Assembly: GCF_009914755.1 (NCBI RefSeq)
Contig: NC_060942.1
Reading direction: 5' to 3' (one strand)
DNA: 64,000 nucleotides
From: the human T2T-CHM13v2.0 reference genome, Homo sapiens
Within the stretch, counting starts at the first letter, position 1; each line of letters opens with the position of its first letter. The notes under the pieces are model-generated. The model was not told the origin of the DNA. It searched no databases and saw only the letters and a list, made by a program, of their open reading frames with translations. The position numbers and the translations under genes were made by a program. Positions 1 to 13,529 of the stretch are shown in pieces.

Positions 1-191
1 CCAGGTTCTTTTCAACAACGAATTTTCATGAGAACTAAGAGTGAGAACTCACTCATTCCTGCGAGAATGGCACCAAGCCATTCATGAGGGATCCACCTCC
101 ACAACCCATACCTCCCACCAGGCCCTACCTCTACCAATGGGGATCAATTTTCAACATGATATTTGGAGGGTCAAATATCCACATCATAGCA
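1..191 (-). mobile_element. MST-family (MSTB-like) MaLR LTR, cut by the window edge
   Basis: The reverse complement begins tgctatgatgtggatatttgaccctccaaatatcatgttgaaaattgatcccc, the characteristic MST LTR start. Confidence 0.8.
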
Positions 192-199
192 CCTTGTTA

Positions 200-1830
200 G
201 CTGATTAAACATTTTAGGGAAACACTGACTCCAGTTAGTCTTGAGAAAGGGTGCATAAGAGGCATATTACCTTAGTCTGTGTTTATCTGAAAGTTCATTG
301 TTTTACCCTCATACTTGATTAAGAGTGTGTCTTGGTATAGATGTAGACTGAACATGCTTTTTTTCTCAGAATATCAATTGTTATGTTGTTGTCTGGCCTC
401 AGTGTTGCTAGTAAGAGGCATGATGCCATTTTTATTCCTTATCCTTTGTGACAGGTTTTCTTCTCTGTCAACTTACAATCTGTCCTATTTCTGATATTCT
501 GAAATTTCATAATATTTGCTTAGGTAGTTTTTTTGGTTGTTGTTTTAAATACATGATGCTGGGCCTTCTCTGGAAACTCATGTCTTTCAGTTCTGGGAAA
601 TTAAACCACTTATTAGATTATTTCCACCCCATAATTCTCTCCACTTTCCCTTCTTGGAATTTCAGATGTTGGATACATTGGCTTGGTCCCCTAATTTTCT
701 TTTTCTTCATTCTCATCTTTTTCTTTGGCTTTTCAAGGAGAGTTACTCAACCTTATCTTCCAAGTGTTCTATTGAATATTTTTTATCTTGGCTAATTCAT
801 TTTTTCACTCCGATTATACTTTTTAATTGCATCTTATTCTTGTTTCATGAATGCAATACTTTCTCAAAACTTTCAGATGACAATAATATCTATAGGGTTG
901 TTTGTTTTTGTTATTTATTTTTCTGCTCCCTCTATTGTCTCTATGTCTTCTCAGCCTTCCAAAAAAAGTTTATTTGTTAAGTTCTCTTTTTTCATAGTTG
1001 AGGTCTTCTACAAATGTCTGGTGATCCTTAAATGTTTATTTATGATTAAGAAGTGGTACACTAAAAAGCTAAGAGGAGACTTTATGTGCATGGGGTGGCT
1101 TGCCCCTCAGTAAGCATTATCAATAGATGAGTGGGCTTACTTGATTGATGAAGAACGTTTCAGATGAAGTCTCTGTGGATCTTGTCCCAAGGGCCAGTCA
1201 GTCTTTTTGGAGAATTATCCTTCATTTTCATGCCTGGAATGTATACATCTGGGCACTCGTGTTCTGGAAGCAGAGACAGAAAGGGCACTTGGAAGACAGA
1301 CTTCCACCTAGTGCCTTGTTTTCAGCCTCACACCCTGTTGTTACCAGAACATGAAGATTCTCTGGTTGAAGTTCTCTAAAGAAGACATGTTTACCTGCCT
1401 GGAAAGGATGGAGCAGGGAATGGGTTGGGAGAGGCCAGAGGGAAAGAGCTAGTGTTTGGTGAGCTGGGGTGGAGTGAGGGAAGAAGCAGATACATACTGT
1501 GTACAAATACAGACTTTTAGTCAGTATCTCTGCTCCAAGCCCAGGCCTCCTGCCAGCTTCCACGGAAGCTATGGTGTGTAGATGTCCAGTCTGTCAAGGG
1601 TTCTGTGGGTGAACTTGTGTGTTCTTCCATTATAGCCTCTTCTCCTCTGCTGAGGTAATTACCATTTCCCCATCCCTTCCCCGCTCCACAAATCTGACTT
1701 CTTACCTACAGCTGTTACCTCTCCTGTTCTTGCTGACTTGTGGGTTTACATCTTTTTAATTCTTTTATTGTCATTTCAATCAGGATTTAGGCGGGAGAAG
1801 GATAAACATGTATACTCTATTTACCATATC
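200..1830 (-). mobile_element. Old L1M fragment (ORF1/5' region), highly decayed
   Basis: T-rich antisense L1 texture with phrases such as 'tgttgctagtaagaggcatgatgccatt' and 'atgtctttcagttctgggaaat'. Boundaries approximate. Confidence 0.55.
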
Positions 1831-2786
1831 TGACCTAAGGTCTCTTGTTTTTTTTTACATGGCTTTCTGAAATCACACACAGAGGCCCAGGCATAGAAAA
1901 CATCAAGGGCTGTAGTTCATAGCCAGTTTGTAGTAAACAAGAATTCCTTTAAGTCTTGGAGGCTGCCTCAAAGGGAGAAGCCTTACCCAGCTGTGGGGTC
2001 TCCTGGCCTCCCCTGCACTGGCTCGACAGCACCAGGGCCAGAGGCACCTCAGGGAATTGTCTCTCCTTGAGCAGCTGCTGAAGCATCAGGCACAGGGGAG
2101 CGGGAGACAGACCTCTGGGATAGCTTTTGTGCAATGTAATTGAGGTCCGAAGCAGCATTTTTTCCTATTTAACCACAATGCTCAGACTCACTCCAAACTA
2201 CCCCATCACATTTATTAAAGGGAAAAATAAGTGAAGAAACAAACCTGGGGTTATGTTTCATGGAAAGCTTGTCAAAGAAGAAAGGCTTTTCCTCCTTATC
2301 TGCCTGTTCAACTTGCAAGCGGACTGTTAAGCAATTAATATTTTCCAAGTTTTCACAAGTGTCCTGTAGAGAACTGGGACAGGAGCGATGCTTATTAAAA
2401 GAATGTGATAAATATAAACAATAGCAAAAGGCTTTGCAGTCAAGAAAGTGCCAAGCAGAAAATATTGTAAGACCAAAACAATCATGATAACCCCCTCCTC
2501 CAAACAAACAAAACAAAAGACATCACAGGCAAAATTCCTTCTCTCTCTCCCTCTTTTTAACTAGGGAAGGAAATCTTGCTTGTGAGCAGCTGAATTTTGA
2601 AAATCCTTAAGAGATTTATTAGAAATTGATTTGTAACTGCAAATTATTTTTTTCTTTTATCACTGCAATGTTCATTAAATGTCATTGTTATACAGTGCAT
2701 CAACGGTGCATTAGAAACAGGCCTTCCATTTCTTTTTAGGCTGAGCTTGGCAAAAATTTAGATGATATCTGAAATATGAAAGTTTC

Positions 2787-3088
2787 TGTTGTAGCTGAAT
2801 TGTGTCCTATACCTTCACCCCAACCCAATCTGACCAGTGTCCTTATAAGAAGAGGAAACTTGGAGATGGAGACACCAGGACATGCATATATAGAAGAAAG
2901 TCCCTGTAGGGATACAGCAAGAAAGCAGAGATCTGAAAACCAAGGAGAGAGGCCTCAGGAGAAACCAATTTGCCTACACCTTGATCTTGAAATTCTAGCC
3001 CCCACAACTGTGAGAAAATAAATTTCTGTTGTTTAAGTGCCACGCAGTTGGTGATATTTTGTTGTGGCAGCCCTAGCAAATTAATATA
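2787..3088 (+). mobile_element. MLT1A/B-type MaLR solo LTR with internal deletion
   Basis: Contains 'ccttataagaagagg', 'gagaggcctcaggagaaacc' and 'gagaaaataaatttctgttgtttaag...gcagccctagcaaattaata'. Confidence 0.85.
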
Positions 3089-3944
3089 GTTCATTTTCCA
3101 CCATATTTGATTGAAATTTGGATATAACAAAGAAGATCATAAAAATAGTAAGAATAAGATGCTTCTAAAAGCCAACTTTTGCTAACAGTTGAAAAATCAG
3201 GTATTAGATCATGGTTAAGAAACATGACACATATGGAATCACATTGGCCCCATCACCTGTGAGCTGAAGGTCTAAGGTGTTGAGTTGAGCTGAGGTGGGG
3301 CTTGCAGAGTTGGAACATGGAGCCTTAGACTCTCTGTCCCCTTAGGGCTTGTCCTCAGTCTGTCATCTTTCAATCTGGCAGGGGGAGGACCCTGAAATAG
3401 AAGGTCTTAAAGGGCAAGGGAAGAGTAGATTGAGGGGGTTTCCTGGTGGCAAGTGTTCCTGATGGGAAGTGAATCAGGGGTCCATTCTGCCCTCTCAAAC
3501 ACCAATCAGCATGGACAGCAGCAGTCTGGGTTGTGGAATGCTGCAATGGACAGCTGGAGAAATGGCCTCTCACTCACAAAAAGATGCTTAGTGGGCAGAG
3601 TGCCCTGGAGTCTCCTGGGCCATCTTATTTCTCTCTTTCAGGCTGAGGAAGAAAGGAAAAAGTATGGCATTCATTTAACTAGATACTCAAAGTGCTTCTA
3701 TCTGGGCTAGTAACTCAGCTGAGGAAACAGCTGAGCACTAGCCTGTTTGTAGCCCCATGCCTGGAGGTTGCAGGTTGTCACAATTTTCCAGAAGCCAGCG
3801 AGAAAAGCCAGGGCATCATGTTTAGCTTGTACTCACCATCAGGAAACGTGTCACCCTCTCTGTGAGTGCAATGCTCATGCTGACCAAGGTCCTAGATCCA
3901 AAGAGTGAACCACTAAAATGAGTAAAATTGAGGGAGAGTTACAA

Positions 3945-4060
3945 AGACAGAGAGGAAAGGAGGGAGGGGGAGAGGGACAGAGAGGGAAAGATGGAGATTT
4001 AGAGAGAAACAACGAGAGACACAAGGAAAGCAGGCAGAGAATAAACAGAGAGAACCAGAT
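3945..4060 (+). repeat. GA-rich polypurine low-complexity tract
   Basis: Direct reading: gacagagaggaaaggagggaggggg...agagagaaac. Confidence 0.7.
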
Positions 4061-6410
4061 AGCCTGGAGAAAAGCAAGTCCCCGTGCCAGGGCTGAGAGG
4101 CTGGGAGATCCTCACCCACCCACTTCGGATCTGCACTCATCCCCACCTCTTAGCCTGTATAACCCGTTGGAGCATCAAGGCTTAAGGAAGTCCGTGGAGC
4201 CTTGTAAATGTGATATGGTTTCTAATGGATACCCTGTGAATTCCCTGATGTGGAACAAAAAGGTTGTGGGACCAAAGTTAATATTTTTAGGTTTTATTTA
4301 AATAGGGGGTTATGCCAGGGATTCAGTCATGTGAGCTGGACATCTCATCCAGGTGGGAGAGTCAAATCAAGAACTGAATCCTGGGGGCGGCCAGCAGGAC
4401 TGGGGGCAAGGCATGTTCATTCTTCCTAAATGAGTCTTTATTGCAAGAGTGCTGCTTTCTCTCTGGTGCTTGTTAAATACTGTATTTATGCTGTGTATTT
4501 GTATACAGTGGGATTAAGGGACCAAACTGAATTACTGATGATGGTTGCTTGAAGGGGTGTTTGACTAGGAGATTTACACAGCGTTCTTAATAATCTTTTT
4601 TATTTATTTATGGAATGTTATCATTCCAAACGTACAGTTCTGCCATCCCTTGGGAAAGATGCTTTCTGTTTGAGGGCCACCAGCTCTGCATGTTGATTTG
4701 AAAAGAGATAAAAGAGCATCTGGCCACCACAGCACAGGCTGCACTTCCCTCCCTCTTCATTATGCAGAGAGCTGATGCAATTTTTGCTTCTTTCCTATTT
4801 ATACAAATAAAGACCACAATTTGGGAAATATGTCATGCTGGCATTAAACACCACCAATCTTGCTGGGTTGAAATGTACACGTTCCATTAACAACAATTAT
4901 ATTGTATAATTAAGGTTTTGGTCCCCAAAGTCTGACGTGGAAGCTTCCTCAAATACCGATGGGTTTATTGAAGATGTTAAAATAAATATACCCCTCCCGT
5001 TGCCCTCCTCCACTTCCCCATTCCTCGCCCCCCTTCCAAAAGCACCACCAATACCTGAGTCAATGACTTGGTCTGCAGTAAAAGTGGGGTTCAAGTGCCC
5101 TCTAGTGTAGCTGTGACTGTGTGGATATGAAAATAGAAAAGCTTTGAAAAGGCAGACAAATGCCTGCAAGCAGAATCATCGAACATTCCTGTACATTTGA
5201 TGGGGCTCCTGTGTACGAGTTCCACATGATCAACACTGGGTGCAGGCAGGTGATTTGGACCCCTCAGGATGATGCTGTCCATACAATCTTGCTATAATGG
5301 TACTCTCCATCATTCTTTTGTGGGCCTCTCAGTTCAAGTTTATGTGGAAATTTCCCAAGGTGTATGCAATCTTGGCACACTCATGTGTAAACAGTTACAG
5401 GGAAAGGGCTAATGAGGTTCAAGCCCTTGCACCTGGGAGTGTCTCTTGACCTCCCCTCCCCCACCGCCCTTGCTCCCCCCCACTGCCAACCCCCACCACA
5501 GTCTTGGCACATTTTACTCTTCTGGCAGCTGGAGAGAGCTCTGACCTGTGTCTCATCAGTGAATGCTGGTTGTGACAATAATGAATTTCTAATGGCAATT
5601 AACACAGTGACAGGGTTTATAAATTATAGATTATGACAACACTCCCTGCGATCTGGTTTTTTCCTTTGAAGACCACCTGGCTACCAATAACGGTCTCACC
5701 AGCCAAATCCTGTATTTGTGGGCCAAGACAGAAGAAGAACAACAATGAAAAAAAGCTGGAAATCTTAGAGCAGACTCACATCTTAACTAGGAGAATACGT
5801 GCTGGCCCAAGTGCCCCAGGACTGAAGCAAATCAGACATAGGGGAGGAGGGAGAATGTTAGAATGAGGCACACCTGATTCAGCCGCTAAATAGTCTGGTT
5901 GGCTAAGAATCACAATCGAGGCATTTTGCCTTTCTAGTTTTCTTTGGTGAAGATCTGTGAGCATCCAAATGATATGAAGAGCAATATGGCTAATCTGCAC
6001 TACTTCGTAAGTACATATATTCTGAAGAAAGTTGTAGTTGGGAAAGGTGAGGATGGGTCACTGCTCCATCCTCAGACAGGACTGTAGTGTGTGGGTGTGT
6101 CGATGTGTTTCCTTGCTGAAAGTGAAAATTGGGTAGATTTTCTTCCAGAATTGAATGATGGTGGAGGCATGATTCCTGGGTAGGCCTACACATATAGCAC
6201 ATGATTCTGTATTTAGTTACTCTTTAAATCCCTAGGAGAAAATTGGCTCAGGATAGAAAAGGGAAATATATTGAAAATTTTGGTAGACTTCCTGGAAATG
6301 TGGAAGCATGCGCAATTTGTGGAGGTGATAATGTTAAGGGGATTGAACAGATAATAAACTCATACTAATACTAAGGTGAATAGGCAAGACGGATTATTTT
6401 GGGAGACTCC

Positions 6411-6881
6411 TGTGGCAGAAACTATTGACTACTTATCCCAAATCAACCAGTTCCTTCTTCCTTCTTAGTAGAGTACTGAATTTGTTTAGAAACTGGGTCT
6501 GTAGGAGCTTCAGAGACCCCTCCCTAGCCCTAGAGGCAAATATTGATTACAGTAAGACAATTGTGGGATGTGTACGGGAAGCCTCTAGGAAATGTTTCTC
6601 TTGAAATCCATAAAGGGAAGCCTGGGAGGAATACTTCCTCTTTGCTGGATGTGGCGTCTGCGTGTACCATCTGGAATTGCTGTAGCCAACTTACAAATAC
6701 AGACGAAAGCTTTATCAACCTGCTGAGCACAGCAGAATGGAAAGATGCAAAGCACCCTGCTCTTGGGAACTGGCCACCTTCAGACTTCTTGCTACATCAG
6801 GTAACACAGTTCTCTCATTGTTTAAGCCACTTTCAGTTGGGGTTTCTGTTACTTGGAACTGAAAGCATCTTAACTGATACA
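6411..6881 (+). mobile_element. Old MLT1 (J/K-like) MaLR LTR
   Basis: Starts tgtggcaga and ends 'tgtttaagccactttcagttggggtttctgttacttg...gcatcttaactgataca', a typical old MLT1 3' end. Confidence 0.75.
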
Positions 6882-9800
6882 ACCACTATTTGAAACAGTG
6901 CATAACAAGAATGTTGTCTTTGAAAAATCAACACCATCAGAAGACAGGTGCTGATAAAGCAATTACCTACAATGAGAAGATCTTTAAGATCCCAGTTAGT
7001 TCTGACATATCATGCTCTAATCCGTGGATCTTTGTCATGGAAGAAAACAGAACAAGAAAAAAGTTCATGGAAACTTTTGGGCTAAACTATTGAACCCACC
7101 TTGGGTAGTGTGAGTAAAATGTTCTATATGTGTGATTCACACACTTGTGAAATTTAGACTTGCATTTCTTACTTTCCAAAGCAGAGAGTGAAACAGATCG
7201 ATATCTCTGCTTAAGCAAACCAGTAATTATAATCGACAAGAAGAACTGTAAATTGTTTTCAATTGATGACTGAGTAATCACATGATATTTAAGAATTTTC
7301 ACCCAAATGTCATCTTGAGCCAAGGTATGAGAATATGCCATGTGCCATAAGGATAGAGTTGATAATGTGTTTTTTGACTAATAATCATACATAAGTAGGT
7401 ATTTTTTCTGAAAGACTTAGGCTATGCTTTGTAAGAGTGTACTTTATATTTATTAGGCAATGCATGTCATTAATTGATATAATGTTTACAAGTAAACCCT
7501 CTTTAATATACTTCAACATTGACAGCCTTGGTAACGAAGAACAAATAACGTAGTCTGTGTATGTATACAAATAGGGTTTACTTTTTTAATAAAATAAAAT
7601 TTAGGGAAGACTAATTAGATACATATTTATTTATAGGTGTATTGGTTGCAAGTAACAAGCAGTTCACAGAAAGCAACAATAATTGTAGGGAGACCTTATT
7701 CTCAGATTTTCCAAGTCTATTTCAATTTCAAATATTATTTACTATGGTGAGAACAATGCGTATTGATTTTTTGGTTTAGAAAATATGATCTGTCAGAGGA
7801 CACATTTTGCATTAACTCTACCCTGCAGCAAGCCCTCACACTGTGTGTGGAGGGGAGGAAGGGAGCAAAAGGTAGATGTAGGGGAAACTTCCTGGAGACC
7901 CTGGCTCCATAACCCAGAGGGAGCTGCCCCCCTGGGCTTTTCCAGCACCCAGCAGGGGCTACCTGCTCCCTGGGGGCACTGGCAATGAATGCTCTTCTCC
8001 TGTTTCTCCTCTGCAACACTATGCTTCACCTTCTACTTCTGGGAAAAGGTTGCAAGTAAGCTTGTCTTCCTCACTGATTACTGCCCACCTGAAACTTGGG
8101 CTCCACCAGTCATATATTGTTCTGTGAGTGTGATCAGTGCACAGGAGGAAATGAGTTTGCAGGGAGCTCTTGAAGCAGATAACTTGAAATATAGCCCAAA
8201 GAATTGTGTTGGAATAGGTCCTCACTTCCATCTTGACTAGAAGTTTGGGGAGAAGGGGAGACATTTCACATTGAGAAGATGACATTTAACTTTAGGGAGG
8301 AATATCCAGAGAAGGAATGATTTTACAGGCAGACAGAGGTAGGTTTGAATACAGGTCTGATACTTGTTGTGTGACCTTGAACTTGAGCACTGTTGAAATC
8401 TCATGATGCCTATGCAGGGTTGTGGTCATCAGGATTGGCAAGATAGCATATGAGGAACTCAGCAAAGCAGCTGGTTCACTGTCAATATCCAGTAACTCCT
8501 GGAAAAGAAATCAAGGCAATGAGTTAAATAACATGCTCTATAAGTGACATCTAAAAGTGACATGAAAGTACGCCTTAAAAAAGTCATCAGTATAAGGAAA
8601 AGCTGTGTTCTGACAAAACGTAACCGGAAACCTATTGGATAATAGAATGAATTAAAGGAGCTCAGCAAATCCAGGGATCTAATTGTCATACTAAGAGATT
8701 AAGCTTTTACTTCTGTGACATGCTCTGAATTAGGAAGTTTCATTGATTACCTTCTTAAGAAGATAGCTTTCTGAAGGCCCATTTAAGATTTAGTAGCAAC
8801 ATTATTGAAGAGTTAGTGTCCTGTTCCCTTTTGGTGTTTTGGGGTGAACTACAAATCTTACATTGGGAGTCTTTCAAATAAAAAGTATTTTTAGGTGTTA
8901 ATTTGGAGGCCTTTCCAGGCAAGGATGCCAACTTTCTTACAGCAACAATGCAGAAACCAGGCCAGTCCTCTACCCTTCCTGCAATTTTCTATTTGGTCTA
9001 AGGTAGCTCTGTGGAATTATGTTTTTCTGTATGATTATTTCCATGGCACTGATGAAGTTACATTTTTTTAAGTTGTTTTTGTTTTTTTTCTGTGAGATTG
9101 AATCACTTCAGGAAAACAGGGTGCTTTAAATGAATAATTAAAGTTGTCTTTGTTGATTCTTAAGGAAGCCTCAAGAATGGAGAGTTGAATGGTAGGGTTA
9201 GCACTGAAATAGAATAGCTGAAGCAGAGATGACAAACATCGTGTGCTGATAGCTTACCAGATCAGTGATGGAAGTGTAGAGCATATCTCTGCACTGAAGG
9301 CTGAAATCACCTCTGAGACACCAGCAAGACCCAGCATGGAGCCAAAGGAGGACTGATGGAGAGTGGCCCCACCATTGTGAATGCTGGCATTGGAGCCCAT
9401 CACAACCTATATCAAAATGGGTGGGCTGAAATGTGAACTTTCTAGTACTCCAGCTGTTCCTGAGATTCCTAGAACAGGGACACTTCCTAGTTAGCCATCT
9501 GGAGGCATATCTTGGGTCTAACTTATGAGCAAGTGATTAAAAAAAAAAGTGAGGAGCATCAGAATTTGGCCACTAACCCGGACTAATGACTCACAGGGTT
9601 GGCTATTTGAAAGTCATGCCTGCTACTCCCTGATCTTATTCATTTCTTAAGTGACATTGATTTTTGAATTTGGGCCACTTATTTTCAAATTTCTGAGGGT
9701 GGTAGATAGTATTGGGGGAAAAATACCTCAAATGTATTTTTAAATATAGATGAGCAGTGAGTATAAGGTGGAAGAAATCAATCGGCACAATTATATTTTG

Positions 9801-10454
9801 CAACAATTATAACAAGTCCCTACAGATAATAACCACAGTGAAATGATGAATACTGCTTGTCCTCCTGTGACCTTCAGCAACACCTCCAGCAGCTCAGTGG
9901 TCAGTCGTAGGCTGCAGCTGCGCCAGATTAAAAATGCACCATCCTGAGGGGCCAGAGTCACCTCTACAGTAGTCACCCTGTTCTTGAGGTTCTTAGCATA
10001 TTTTATCTGGGGTTAAGAACCAACTAGTATCTTTTACTTGATAGTAAGGTGAGGTGGGGTTGACACATACAGGTGAGCTCAGGGACAACCAGCAAAATAG
10101 AGAGACATAAGGGCAAAAAGCTTTTCTAGACTGGAGCTTCACCTGCTGCCCAAGCTGTTACCATTTTCTGTTGTGCATGGAGGCAACTGTTCCTCTGGTG
10201 AGAAATGCTTGAAACCACATCATTCTAATGCCACCCTTTAAGAGTTTTGAACCCATTCAAATGATTGCAAATACTTGAAATTTTCATCTCTATGTATGTT
10301 CCTAATTATCTATTCCAAATAACATGTCAAATATTTCTTGGTATTGCTTACTATGACTGAAGAAAATATTAATGTTAAGGACTTAGAGCAACTGTAATCT
10401 CACTTTGTTTTCTTATAATGGGGATAAGGTTAAATGACAGTCCGAGGTTACAAT

Positions 10455-10680
10455 TAATTTACTCTTTCAGTGAATACATATGAAGCCCCTTTTGTGTTCC
10501 AAGCATTGTTCTGGGGGCTACAGATAAAAATAGAAGAGCAATAGATAGGGCATTGTCTGCCTTTAAGGAGCTCACAGTTTGGAAGGGAAGTGGACCTAGC
10601 ATCAAATAGTAACAATCAATTGTGGCATGTGGACAAAGGAGAAAGGCACATGGTGGTGACAAAGGGCTGAGTGGATGGAG
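10455..10680 (-). mobile_element. L2 3' fragment
   Basis: Motifs 'gtgttccaagcattgttctgggggctacag...tgcctttaaggagctcacagttt'. Confidence 0.55.
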
Positions 10681-10959
10681 GACTCTGAATCCCAGCTCAG
10701 TACTGTTGCTGCTGGAAAGGGACTTATGAGTTCCCAGAATAAAGAACACTTTGTTGTTGTTCAGTCTTCATGGTTTAAAGAGCTTCATCAATGCAGAGTT
10801 ATTTATGTTATTCTCATATACTGTTAGTTTCAAGCATTTACGAACAATCATTAATCTGCCTACCAAAGTTAAAAAATAACTTTATATCCATACATGCTTT
10901 TTAGTTCCCAATGGACTGGCTTTCACATGCATTTTCTCATCAAAATCCAAAATCCTATG

Positions 10960-11100
10960 AAGCTGAAGGAAGGGGCTTAATGAACATTATCCCCATTTTT
11001 CAGATGAGAAAGCTGAGGTGAAGAAAAGTGAAGGGACTAGCTCTAAGTCATAAAGCTAATTAATTGGCAGATTGAGCCATGTGAATTGAGGTCTTTCTAA
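10960..11100 (-). mobile_element. MIR SINE
   Basis: MIR core 'attatccccatttttcagatgagaaagctgagg'. Confidence 0.7.
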
Positions 11101-11369
11101 CTGCTTGGAACATGAGTGCTTGTGTATATTCCAATGCTGAGAAGACTCATTCCTCGAATGAGTGTCATTCAATGTAGGTTTCACATGTGGGTTTAATAGG
11201 AATACTGGGTTAGTCATTCCCTCCTTTTAGAGACTCTCGTTCTTTGAATCCTGCACTATGTCACTCTGCACGTTTCTTGTATACTTTTGATTATTCTTTC
11301 TCTGTCTCCTCTACCTGCCAGGTGAGTGTTGGTGCCCCATGGGGCTGACCCTGCTATGTGTCTTTCTCT

Positions 11370-11780
11370 CTCACACACACTCTGGACAATCACATACATT
11401 TTCAGGGCATCAGTACCATGTCTCAAATCGGATTTTCTAACTCTGACCTCTCCCCAGGCATCAGAAAAATATACCAGCTGCCTGCAGGACATCTCCCGTG
11501 GATCCCCAGAAGTCCTCTACATTCCTGCTGAGTGATCCTTCCCACCACTCAACACTGGAACCCTCACTATTATTCTTAATTCACTTGATGTCAGCATCAT
11601 CTGCCCAGACACCCAGACTCAAAAGCCACGTGTTTCTTCTCCCTCACATGTCACATCTAACTGAATCATCACGTCTTCATTTGGTCCTCCAAATACATTT
11701 TTTGAAATCTGTTTCCTCTTTCTCATTCTTGTTGCCACTGTCCTGTATATTTTAATGGGTCCTCCAGTATGTCTGTGGGC
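11370..11780 (+). mobile_element. L2 fragment
   Basis: Motifs 'ctgacctctcccc...ataccagctgcctgcaggacatctcc' and 'ttcatttggtcctccaaatacat'. Confidence 0.6.
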
Positions 11781-12693
11781 TTCTTGAGAGCATATTGAGG
11801 AAAAGGGCAAGTGATATATTCATTCAAGCATTCATTCACTAATTAACTTCACAAAAAATTGAGACATATGTCGCAGCTACTGAGAAACACTGGGTTGAAT
11901 CTTTTGAGAAAATTGAACTTGACCTGGAAACCTTATAGTTTTTTCTCATCCTGTCTAGGTTAATTAACCCTGTATTACATAGCTCTCAGGCCTTAACAAT
12001 TTCACGCTGGATATCTAGCTGTTGTCTAGCCAGAGAGCAAAGATTAAATGACAGTTCTTATCAATCATTCCCAAAGTACCTCTCTCAAAACCATAAGATT
12101 CTGCCAAGTAAATGCTTGAGGCTTTGATTAAAAGGATGTTTTGGCCACAAGTCACATCTCTGATTTTATCAGAATTTTTCAAAAGTAACTATAAAAATTC
12201 CAAACTCTGGGAGGGTCTCAGCAAAAATATTAGTATATCTGTGGTAATTCTGGCAGAATTTTTTTTTACTTCTTTGTGAACTTATGTGAAATGCTTACAA
12301 TTTATAAAATTACATCTTATTTAATGAAGTATTTAGGAATATATTCAGTATCACATTTATTGAATAGTCTTTAGTGAAATAAATAGAGATAAGCCGAATT
12401 AGAACCAGTTTGGAAACAAGCAAAGAAATTCCTGCAGAAGAATAGATTTCCTTTAGCCAACTCCTTTGATGCATTTAAAATGTGATTCATTTCTCAAAAT
12501 GCTGAAGTATAGACATGTTTCAGGAACATACACTAAGTGCCAAGTTAAGTATACCTATTATGTATTATAGTGATGAGTAATTTATTTATGCTAAAGAATG
12601 GTCTGATTGTGAAGATTTATACTCTCATCTTGGTAGGCTTAGACCTTTGATATTTGGTTTATCCAAAGTTTATCAGGTCCCAGGAAAAATGAG

Positions 12694-13209
12694 TGTGGTG
12701 GATTAAAAATGACTACAAATTTCTTAACCTTCATCCCATTGAAAGATGAAGGCTAATTCTCTTCCTCTTGAGTCCAGAATGGCTCTGGCACCTGTTTTGA
12801 CCTGTAGAATGTGGTAGAAGTCTCTGCCAGTCTTCTGAGGCTGGGGCCTCAAGAGAGCTGCAGCTTCCATTTTTACTGCTTGGGACATGCCCTCTTGGAA
12901 GCCAGCATCCATGCAAGATGTGTGATTAGCCTGAGATTAGTATGCTGTGAGGAAGCCCAAGCTAGCTGTGTGGAGAGAGTGAGAGAGAAACTGGCCACCA
13001 GGGAACACTGAGGTGTCAGGCAGGTACATGAAGCCTTGTTGGAACTTCTAGCCCAGTTGGGCCACCAGCCAATGCTGCAGGGAGCAGGACTATTCAGCCT
13101 ATCCTTGTCTGAATTTCTGTCCCACAGAATTGTGGGCAAGTAAAATAGTTATTTTCTAAGCTTCTGTGTTTTGGGGTAGTTTGTTACACAGCACTAGGTA
13201 ATCAAAAGA
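12694..13209 (+). mobile_element. MLT1G/H-type MaLR solo LTR
   Basis: Starts tgtggtggattaaaaatgactacaaatttctt, contains 'gctgtgaggaagcccaagctag', and ends 'gttttggggtagtttgttacacagca'. Confidence 0.8.
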
Positions 13210-13529
13210 ATTGGCTCGTACCACCCACCATTTCCCCTGAAGGAAAGTTTACTTTGGAAACCAAATCGACTAATGAATCAGAGAATCAGGGCAGAAAGAA
13301 ATGTTCTCAACGAGATCCAGGACTACATTTCTCAGGCTTCGCACTTGATCTGGGAATCGTCTCTTCTTGCCGGTCTCAGAAGGCATTGCCCTCAATTTTT
13401 CTCCTCATGAGTGCCATTTTCCCATTGTTATAAGGTGGTCTTGTTAGTTCTTCTGATTACTCTAAGTTTTACATCAGATTACAACCGTTTTGTGTCAGGC
13501 AACTAGTAGGCACTCAACAAGGTCATTTG

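Noticed and set aside
3505-3525. REST/RE1-like motif tcagcatggacagcagc
   Set aside because: The left half-site is incomplete and the spacing is 3 bp short of canonical.
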